A DNA stretch of 64,000 bases. Source: Lytechinus pictus (taxonomy: Eukaryota). The position numbers were made by a program, and so were the translations under genes. Location of the stretch: positions 2,916,001 through 2,980,000 of the forward strand of contig NC_087245.1 of NCBI RefSeq assembly GCF_037042905.1, in the 5' to 3' direction. Every line of letters starts with the position of its first letter. The first letter of the stretch is position 1. Positions 54,101-63,333 of the stretch are shown piece by piece. Under the pieces are notes generated by a model. That model had not been told where the DNA came from and did not search any database. It worked only from the letters and a program-made list of their open reading frames with translations.

Positions 54101-54440
54101 TGCTGTTGTAGGCAAGTTGTTGATTGTACAGACTAAAGACGGAAAATGCTTTGGAAGACACTTGTCTTATGGCCCACTGCAATGATGCCAGAGACATCAT
54201 GAAAGAACTGCATGTGTGAAATTGATGTCATTGTGTTTGATGGCATTCTGGACAGCTGTATCTTGGCATTGCTATTGTCAGCAAGTTGTTGATTGTAGAG
54301 ACTAAAGACAGAAAATGCTTTGGAAGCCACTTTTGTACGGGCACATTGCAATGATGCAAGAGACATGAAAGAACTGCATGTGTGAAATTGATTTCATTGT
54401 GTTTGATGGCATCCTGGACAGCTGGATAGCAATGCCAAGA
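54092..54440 (+). repeat. Diverged direct tandem repeat (2 x about 170 bp) forming the spacer of the palindrome
   Basis: 54092-54260 vs 54261-54427, both starting TCTTGGCATTGCT. Confidence 0.85.
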
Positions 54441-55460
54441 CACCACCTAAGTGAAACAGATGTAGCCAGAGCCCTAGGGATGCTGGAAGCTGGCCTCAGT
54501 CAGCGAAGAGTAGCCAGAATGATGGGCGTGTCACACAGTGTCATTAGCAGAGCAAATCAAAGACACCGAGAGACAGGGCTATACTCCGAGAGACCCCGCA
54601 GTGGCCGACCAGTTTCGACAACCCCTAGAGATGATCGCTACTTGACGAATCTCAGCCTCCGCAACCGCTTTCACAGTGCACGCCGCCTCAACAATGACTT
54701 CGCTGCAGCAACTGGAGTGATTGTTTCCACTCAAACAATCCGTAACCGACTTCACAGAGCCAATATGCATGCCAGACGGCCAGCTCAGTGTGTCCCACTC
54801 ACCCCTGCTCACAGAAGAATTCGTCTCAACTGGGCCCGGGAGCATGTCAGATGGACCAGACAGCAATGGCGTAGAGTTCTGTTCACAGATGAGAGCAGAT
54901 TTTCCCTTGACCACAATGATGGACGTTCGAGAGTCTGGAGGCGACCAGGAGAGAGATTTGCAGACCCCTGTATTGCAGAACATGACCGTTATGGGGGAGG
55001 CAGCGTCATGGTGTGGGGAGGCATCACCTACGCCAACCGTACTCGTCTCTACGTGGTCCCAGGGGGAGCAATGACAGGAGTGAGGTACAGGGATGAGGTC
55101 CTTGAACCTATAGTGGTGCCATTTGCAGAAAATGTGGGACAAAACATCATTTTCATGGATGACAATGCCCGTGCCCACCGAGCTAGGGTGGTGACCGAGT
55201 TCCTTGAGGGCCAGGGGATTGAGCGTATGGAGTGGCCAGCGAGGTCCCCGGACTTAAACCCGATAGAGCACGTCTGGGACATGATGGGGAGGAGTCTCGA
55301 GCAGCTCGAAGCCCATCCACTTGGACTGCAGCAGCTGGGTGTGGCTCTGGAGGCTGCATGGGATGCACTGGACGTCAGAGACATCAATCGCCTCATCAGC
55401 TCCATGAGACAGCGCTGTGAAGCCGTTATTGCTGCAGGAGGTGGTCACACTCGTTACTGA
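54432..55460 (+). CDS. Tc1-like DD34E transposase, right copy (342 aa)
   Basis: Same motifs; differs from the left copy at two residues (R/C, L/V). Confidence 0.95.
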   Translation: MPRHHLSETDVARALGMLEAGLSQRRVARMMGVSHSVISRANQRHRETGLYSERPRSGRPVSTTPRDDRYLTNLSLRNRFHSARRLNNDFAAATGVIVSTQTIRNRLHRANMHARRPAQCVPLTPAHRRIRLNWAREHVRWTRQQWRRVLFTDESRFSLDHNDGRSRVWRRPGERFADPCIAEHDRYGGGSVMVWGGITYANRTRLYVVPGGAMTGVRYRDEVLEPIVVPFAENVGQNIIFMDDNARAHRARVVTEFLEGQGIERMEWPARSPDLNPIEHVWDMMGRSLEQLEAHPLGLQQLGVALEAAWDALDVRDINRLISSMRQRCEAVIAAGGGHTRY

Positions 55461-55721
55461 ACTGCCTGAAAGACACTCAGACATTCGTTTTTACCACTTC
55501 ATGTCGGTAGCTGATACCCCTCGGGGCCCACTTTTCAGGATGTGCAGTGATGCGAGAGACATTGTGCAACAACTGAAACCACCCATGCGTGAAATTGATT
55601 ACAGCGTGTTTAAGGACATTTAGGACAGTTGTACTGAGGTATTTCCAGAAATAAAACACCTTGTATAAAATCTTTATGTACGTTTTAAAAAGTGGTCCTT
55701 AACTTTTTTTGAGTAGTGTAT

Positions 55722-57315
55722 ATTACCTCAATAATCTCAGATGTATCTGTCTACCTGTGCCATTTATCTTTCATGAATGTCCTGGAAGAAAGTACACCAA
55801 TTTTAGCGCAATAGCGCCATCTCTTGGTGAACTTATGAGTTATGACCTTGCAACTGGGCGTTGTGGCGTGCGCCTGTAATCCAATCTATGTGGGGAAGTT
55901 ACAAATTGATGCAGAGGTTCAAGCCCTGGTCACCTCTTTCGGATGGTGACGTTAAAGGTCGGTCCCAGACGTAAATAATCATATCTGATTGATACACGTC
56001 TGACAAAACTCAAATACACACACACACACTTCTGTTTGTATCAATCCCAAGCAAGCATGCGCACCAATTGTAACTTTTCTTTCTTCACCCTCGGAGCGTC
56101 AACACGTCTTTCGTCTGTGCTCCGAAAGCTAAGTGAAGTTGTATACTTTCCAAATTGTGTTTTGCGTTTTGGATATTTAGTTATGCTTCAAATTTTCCAG
56201 ACTTTATCTTACTGTAGTTTAATTTATGACTGGTTTATAGTTTATACTTCTGTCCGCAGAGTGTGGCGTTAGCTTACATTTACATGTATAGCTAATTCTC
56301 TGTTGAGCTTGTGTTAGTTATACGTTGTCAATGTGAGGCTCTCCTTCATGCTTGCTGCTGCTGCATAGCTGTCGCTCTCTCTCTTTCGCGCTCCGTTGTT
56401 TAGCGTGATAGGGTTTTTAGAGACGACTTCTCCGTCTCCTTTTTTGTTTTCACAGTTCAGGCTGTTTGAATTTTTTCTGAATTCTTTCTTCATCTTCGGA
56501 GGTCTCTTTATTCTTATAAATTGTGCCTCTTATTTTCTTAGAATATTTTAAGATAGATTCTTGATAGCATCGCATTACATGCTTCTGTTTTGACAAGACA
56601 TAGTATGTTCGCAAATCGGAACAACTCTTGTATTCTCGCACGAATCCTGCCTTTACCGCTTCTTCGTTTTGCAAGATCCAAGCGGCGGGTGCCGGCACGT
56701 GGCTATATTGATGCGAGGTCGGAGGCTCTTGATACTAAGAAGTATCCACTTGTCTTGAGCACTCTCCTTCAAGGTGTTCTCGACAACTTCAGACGCTCCT
56801 GGTGCTTTGCGTTTTCCTTACATCTTCTTTTAAGGTAAATTCCTCGGCTGAGGAGAGCTTGCGCCCTCAGCTTTGAAAGCAGCGGCCTCTGCATCTACAT
56901 CTCCCTTGAACTTAGTTACTTCCTTTTTTTTTGACATACCTACCAAGGTTATCCTTGCCAGTCTAGCAAAGTAGATGGAACCATCAAGATTATTGAAGTA
57001 AATCATGAAAGTACTTGCCTGATTTTCTTATGTATGAGATAATTGGATGTATCTTTCTACTATCCTGCCCTCTGTCCCCTCACCTTGCGTGGCCACTTGT
57101 CACTTTTGCGAGTGCTCAGAGGAGGTTTAACATGTATGCTAATATGATATATGAATGTGAGCAGAAGTAGAAGTGGTCATGTGTTCACTGGGAGATGGTA
57201 CGATTGCATAATAATCTGAGTACGTACATATATTCGAGGGTAGTCCATGAAACATGAACTAACAGGAGTAGAAGGATACATAAATAAGAAAATCAGGTAA
57301 GTATTGTCATGATTT
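55722..57315 (+). mobile_element. Decayed non-autonomous DIRS1-like (tyrosine-recombinase) retroelement
   Basis: Left end about 55722-56035 is a degenerate inverted repeat of about 57160-57280; right extension ends GGTAAGTATTGTCATGATTT; internal region 56971-57037 is complementary to the joined right and left ends (ICR). No intact ORF. Confidence 0.7.
55853..56028 (+). mobile_element. SINE-like insertion with 7SL (SRP RNA Alu-domain) head and (CA)n tail
   Basis: ACTGGGCGTTGTGGCGTGCGCCTGTAATCCAATCTATGTGGGGAAGTT resembles the 7SL 5' end; B box GGTTCAAGCCC; TTTCGGATGGTGACGTTAAAGGTCGGTCCC central motif; interrupts the DIRS left repeat. Confidence 0.7.
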
Positions 57316-59376
57316 CAGAGAGCATAGATATTAACCATGCAACAGTCACTTCAAGAGAAAGAGCTTATGAAATAAAAAGGAAATGGATTCTGTCTAACTT
57401 AGCTTTAACTTCCTTTTATCAGGCTTTATTGAGGAAGTAGGTAAATTATACAGAAATCAATTTTTAAAAATTGCATATTGGAAATGGACTTCATTAGTAT
57501 GCTTTGCACACAGACACGGGCACAACGTGAGATTTATATTGTTCATGAAGCATCATGCTAGCATAGAGCTAATAGCTCCATGATGTACACAAGAAAAATC
57601 CTTTCATCTTTACAAGAAGAGAGCCCAGAATAATGTACATGTCCACAGGAAGAACATGTTTTTGTCTTTTCGGCAATGAGGGAATCGGAAGGTAGAGTAT
57701 ACTACAGAACATTCAAAGTGCATGTGATTATAAATTAATGGGTCTAGACAACATTTCATTCTTGGTACTGGTGAACAAAATGTGAATTACATGACTATCA
57801 TATTCAACTAGAGGTTTTCTTTGGGCCTGCTGTACCTTATTTTGTTCGTACTTGTCCCCTTTATAGGTGTCATTTTTATATTTATGTATTTTACTTTGGG
57901 ATCGAATATTATGTTTCATTTAGGTAGGAAGTGTCTTGTAACTCTGGATATCAAAGGTTACCTTACCAATGTTCACCCATGGTCTGCTACTATAATATGA
58001 AGGAACTAATTCAAAATATTGCCATGAATCTGGATTCTGGAGGGGGGGGGGCAAAGTTTGATGTAGTTGTGTGTTCATGTTCCATTCTCTATTCAATAGA
58101 GTTGTTTCAGTACAATTTCTTTTAATGCTGTATTTACAAGTAGATTCTATCAGACTCAGATTATATCAAACTCAAAGTAAAGTTTCAAATACAGTATTGT
58201 ACTTCGGTGTTGTGTAAAAGAATGAATCAGAAAATCTATTATTGTTTCATGGTAAAGAGTATATTAGTCATTTTGAAGGGAGAAGGAAATGATGAAAAAG
58301 CATATCTATTGTGTGGGAGACGGTGTTTGTTATTTCATGGGCAGTTAGTTGTTTTTTATGCTATGCATGTTTGAAATCAGACTCAAATCGAAACCCCACC
58401 AGGACCGGTTTCCTGTGCGTCTCCTTGCTGAGAGGAAATCGTTATGCAACTTTGACAATAAAGCGAGTTTACAAATGATGGTCATTTTGACTTCTGTGGA
58501 AGGACAATAAACAGGCTAGTTCATTATTAGATGTTTTATTTCACCATTGGTTATCCAAAGAGCAATACATGATTTTAGGTATAAGATGGGTGTTTGACTG
58601 GAAGGAGACAAACAATTGTTAACAGTATAGATTATTCTCTCTTGGAACACTCTATAGGACGAGGATGAGACGACGCTTGCGCTCGGCCGAAGAAGGTATA
58701 TTCTTGAAAAGATATTAACCTGTTGTGCACAGGAAGGGGTATTTCCCAGATTAAGCCTTAAGGATCAAGTGAACGACAAGTGTAGTCAGATCAAGTCGTT
58801 GGAAACCAAGTTCAACTGGCATGATCTGCAAGTGATACAACATGTCTTTGCTTTCTTTACTTGATGTGTTGTGTTGAATGCACATGTTGAATGCATTATT
58901 TATATCCAGACAAATTTGCCCTATTTTCAGTGGAAGCTTTTTGTAAAGAGGAAAAATGAACAAAAACTACAATGTTTGATTTTGATCTGCACCAGTGGCT
59001 CTTTTGTGTTGCGGGTGTTAACATGAGAAGTTAAATTATGAGGGGTGACTGCACTATTTCTGGTTGGAAGATTCTCAACACAAACAAATGTTTTTTTATG
59101 AATATGTAAAGGGAAAAAAAAATCTTGGATACCACACCATGGTTATGTAGGGTTACATGTAACTACCCTTACTAATCGGAAGCAGCTGTATTTGTTGTCC
59201 AAAAACAATAATTTGCACCCTTATATTAAATGACTTGTTCAACTGCATTGTAAAAAAATCTGTTTATAATCTGTGTTATTGAATTTTAAAAAGTCTGATA
59301 GATTCTTATTTTCTTATGTTTATTAAACAAGGACTATGATCAAACAGATCTTTATTTCATTGATATGATGGCACTA

Positions 59377-60181
59377 GGTGGTTTCAAACTGCCTCGATCA
59401 CAAGAATCCCCGTTAAATTATGAGAACTTTTTCATGCTAAAAAATACCAGATATTTATTTCCGCATTCAGACCGCCCCGAAACACACTCTTCGGGGAAAT
59501 TTCTCGAAGTTATGAGCATGTGCAGTACTGTCTGGTAGCAGACGAAGTAGCGCGCGCTTTTCAACAGCGGTACGTATCGCGATCGTGGGACGGCCGGCCG
59601 GGGCAGGAGATCCGCCTGCGGCCGGCCTAGCTCTAGCATGTACTAACTATACTTGATCGTATGCGCAAATCATTTGCTCCCATGATCATCATCTGCAATT
59701 GCACTAGATTTCTCTCCACATTGAATTAAGGCCTTGGTGGCCTCCTCACTCCAGTGCGATGTCATCTGGTATGAAAATGTAGAATACCGGTAAATATCAC
59801 CCTTAATTCATAAGAATCAACCGCCGAGTCAGTCGAACCTCGAATCACGTCGCATAAAAAGTGTACGTATGTTTATCGCTGCATGCACTGGCGCTGGCTT
59901 GCTCGCTCGGTAGACCTCGCATATCCATGCATATCGAACAGCGCGTGCTATGCACCGGAAATTCACTTATCACGGTGATAGATAGGATACAAGTTCTTGT
60001 ACTTTGCTTTCAGATTGCCAAAATACCCACGACCTTGGAAAAATCCCCGCGAAAGTTCTCGTAATTTCGCCAAGTACCTACTATTTAGCGGGTATTTTCT
60101 TTTGGGAAAATTACTCGTAGTTTGCTTTCACATTACCAAAATACCTGGAACTGACGAACTTCGAGGTGTTCTGAAACCACC
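59377..60181. mobile_element. Non-autonomous PIF/Harbinger/ISL2EU-like element, longer copy
   Basis: TA-GGTGGTTTCAAACTGCCTCGA ... TCGAGGTGTTCTGAAACCACC-TA; contains a Myb/SANT-like remnant. Confidence 0.8.
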
Positions 60182-60861
60182 TACTCAGACTCTGGTCCAG
60201 ATTTAACTAATTAGAACTTGAGCAATTGAAATGTTTAACACAGACTCAGCAATCCATCTTCAAGCCAAATCCAATCTCTTTTGATTATGAGTGCTACCAT
60301 GAATGAATACAATCAGAATCTGGTCATTTCTCAAATCATTTTTGCACGAACCTCTGCTTCTTCGCCCTAGCAGAGTGAAGACGTCTCCAAGAAAGTGTGC
60401 TTTTGAAAGAGCTATAATAAGTACACTTCCAAAATACAATTTTAGGCTGTATTGTGTTGCTTCTTTGCAACCAGATTCAATGCCAACCCTTTTTACTTCA
60501 GTATTGTATGGTTTGGCTCGTTTTGAATTCCCGGAGACTGACTTTTTAAGCGATTTTCTGAATTCTTCCTTTTTATCCCAGTGTTCTAAATATTTTTGTA
60601 CATGTGCTTGTGCGAGGTCTTCCTCCCATGGCTTCCCTGCGCTCTCTCTTGCGTGATACTGTAGGTCTTTGTTTGATGCCCGGTCTTTATTATTCTCATC
60701 CTTTGTTACGCGAATAGTTCTCCTTGCTTCACAGCAGGAGTTTCGGGCATCGCCCCATATCTTAGGTTTGAAACGTGAATTCCTTCCTTTTCTTTCTTTT
60801 CAGTTTGCAGCCGGACTTGTTTTTATTCAGGTGTTATCCCTCCCTGCTCTATAGAAATTAC

Positions 60862-61464
60862 TGAGCAGTTTTAGAAACACGTCCACATAGACGACTGGTA
60901 TGAGATGACATCATTTTTTGGCCTGCCATATGCGTCAGGTACTCACCCTAGTCCACTACCAGAATTGAGAACCTCGCCACATCTATTCTGCGGTTCTCCT
61001 AAATCATAGTCGACGTGAGTGACGTCATTTTAATTGCTCAAGCTCAGCATGAAGATCAACCTTTCCCTATCAAAACACAGTTTTCAGTGTTCACAAAATT
61101 AATGTCAGTTGTACGATGCATTATGTTTATCATATTTGATATTGCTTTCTGATCTCCTCGATATATATCCTAACTCACGTAAAAAGTAATCAAAGCAAGT
61201 AAAAGGGCAAGTGTGCATAATTTGCACCTTCGCATCACCCGACCGGGTCGTCAAGCGATGGTTCGCCAGATCTTCCGGGTCGATCGGGCAGCGTGTCATG
61301 ACTCACTTGTTATCAAGCTTTTTCACGTGGACGTACGTACACGTACAAGTCAAGTGAAATCTAAAATATTAGCATCTGTAGTGATCAAGGGCAGACGACG
61401 ACATTGACTTGAACGATCAGACGACTGCGACGCCGTTCTCATTCACTGCTCCTAAAACTTTCTA
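60862..61464 (+). mobile_element. Non-autonomous DNA transposon, copy 2 of the 21981 family
   Basis: Colinear with 21981-22539, with about 50 extra internal bases near 61244-61295. Confidence 0.8.
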
Positions 61465-62294
61465 TTTATTCCTCATGAATGAAGTCCGAGAGTCTTCACG
61501 GCAATGAGCACCTACCCCAACATGATGGGTGGGAGCTAGAGTGGGTACCCGCTTCCCTGACAGAGAAAAGGAATATAAGCCCCGGCCAATCGGGCGATTC
61601 TGCCTCCTCTTGCTTGGAGACTCAGACACTAATGAATTTGATAACGCTCCCAAGGTCCAATCTGGACTAACACCCATAGTGAAAAGCACTTTCGGGGGAG
61701 CGATCGCCTCTCTCAAGAGGAGATTGAGGGTCCAAAACAGGCAAATGAGATTATGAACAATCCTCAAAGCCTCCCACCCACAGGTTTTTCCATTTGGAAA
61801 CCGTCTCCCCTGAGCCACCTCTTGGCTGCCGCCCAGCAGCCTTGCGCTACTGCAATACTATAGACCAGGAACGTTTGTGGCCCAAGAAGAAGCGAAAAAT
61901 GTTACGACGTGAACCCAGTGTTTACTGACAGTCATACATTTGAGGTACTGACAGAGCAATATCACAACTTTAATTTAAGGTGCTCTGTGCTCTCAAGCTC
62001 TGTGGTGTTTTACCACCAGCTCCATGCCTTCCTTATCCCTTGATTCTCTGTGGATAGAAAAATTAGAAGGCGAATCGTCGGCATCTTATACGGCTGGTGC
62101 AGAATTAAATTTCTACTACACATGGGTAACCAAATTATTTCCAAACAACCCCCTAAACGAGTTTTTCTCTGTGTGCAAAATAACCCCCTAAACAAGTTTC
62201 ACAGGCTTTATTTACACATTTTGGCCCCGAAACAAGTTGTCGCCAGAATATGACCCCGGGGAAAAGCTTGGGGGAAAACAACCCGTCCTCTCAT

Positions 62295-62618
62295 CACATG
62301 GTCTAATGCCATTCCATAAACAGCCATGTGGTCCAATAATCACTTTGTCTTATTACCAGTTCTCTGACCATTTTGTCTTAACACCAGTTGGTCTACCACC
62401 CATTTTCTTTTCATTCATTTTGCCCAATTAACACTTAGTCCAATTAGACCAAATGGTATATGGACTAATTGCTATTGGACCAAGTGGTTATTAGACAAAA
62501 TGGTGAGTGGACGAAATGGCATTTAGACCATGAGGATAGTGGATGAACTGATTGTAGACCAAACGATAGTAGATGAGTTGGTAATTGGACGAATTGGCAT
62601 TAGACCAATCTGAAATAA
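62295..62618. repeat. Foldback-type array of degenerate approximately 15-bp repeats inverted about 62440
   Basis: Left units resemble TTACCA(G/T)TTGGTCTA; right units resemble TAGACCAAATGGTAA. Confidence 0.65.
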
Positions 62619-62801
62619 ATGGGTTTACTGGTCAATTCGAAAAGATTTAAGAGAGTTTGTGTATTGTATTATTTAACTAGTATTAAGTCCATGTAATTGT
62701 TGCCTTTCGGAGGGCTGACATTGAAATAAGCCAGATTTATGTAGATGATATACTAAGTTTACTATACTTGTAATAATTTCACTGTTTGTTTTAACTTTTA
62801 G

Positions 62802-62887
62802 GCTACAGTGGAAGGAGGAAAGGGAATGTTAATGTTACTCAAGAGAAATTCCCCATCAATACCAAGAGAGCACATGAACCTCATGAG
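62802..62887 (+). CDS. SLC4 anion exchanger exon (YSGRRKG...AHEPHE)
   Basis: TTTTAG| acceptor, GAG|GTAAGA donor, phase 1 to 0; PHE joins LFVQLD, like PHEVFVELNEL of AE2/AE3. Confidence 0.85.
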
Positions 62888-63120
62888 GTAAGAATTATGT
62901 CCTTCCAATCTGATGTTAGTTTTACATTTTGGAATGGAATGAAAGACCTGCATAATTCATACAGGTTAGTAGTTCCATATTGCATAATATATTAAATCAA
63001 CAGTTATTTTAATTATTAGTTATTTAGATTTTATTTTTGTAGGTCTGTGATTAAGCACCACATTCAAAGACTTTTTTTAAAAGTAGAGACATTTCGGATT
63101 TGTATTGTCCTAACTCAAAG

Positions 63121-63320
63121 GCCCGAATTCACAAAGGTGGTTTTGAAAACCCACGGTTGAATCCATGATTTATGCAGATTTTCTGTATAAATTACGCTTA
63201 ATTTAGCGCGTATCGGGCGCGTGAGTAGGAAATGTCCAATGCTGATGCGCGTTTTTGTCACAGTGCGCCAAATTGACGCCTGTTGCCATGGTTATCCACG
63301 CTATTTTATTCATGAGTCCA
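63121..63320. mobile_element. Truncated Harbinger-like MITE
   Basis: GGCCCGAATTCACAAAG TIR-like start and CpG-rich body; right end not seen. Confidence 0.4.
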
Positions 63321-63333
63321 AGAGTTTCTGGTT

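Larger units (their letters stand above)
52814..55718. mobile_element. Palindromic Tc1-family transposon with two divergent intact transposase genes
   Basis: TA-CACTACTCAAAAAAAGTTAAGG ... CCTTAACTTTTTTTGAGTAGTG-TA; inverted arms 52814-54104 and 54428-55718; 323-bp non-palindromic spacer. Confidence 0.95.

Noticed and set aside
54378..54431. N-terminal extensions given by the ORF track for the transposases (also 54101-54115)
   Set aside because: They differ between the two copies and lie almost entirely outside the arms; the shared ATG (MPRHH) is the likely start.
53048..55659. Many paired 60-199-aa ORFs overlapping the transposases
   Set aside because: They are antisense or alternate-frame shadows, duplicated only because of the palindrome.
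52814..55718. Palindrome as a simple assembly or chimeric-read artefact
   Set aside because: Judged unlikely, though not excluded: the arms differ at two sites, the spacer is a diverged non-palindromic repeat, and symmetry ends at the TA target sites.
55813..55828. CTCF-like AGCGCCATCT motif (also near 43834)
   Set aside because: Partial match only; this one lies inside a TE repeat and has no independent support.
55853..55930. Human Alu contamination or a true 7SL gene
   Set aside because: Similarity covers only the 5' domain, there is no S domain or Alu dimer/poly(A), and it is embedded within a DIRS repeat.
62295..62618. CRISPR-like array
   Set aside because: Degenerate contiguous 15-mers with no unique spacers and no cas genes, in eukaryotic intron context.
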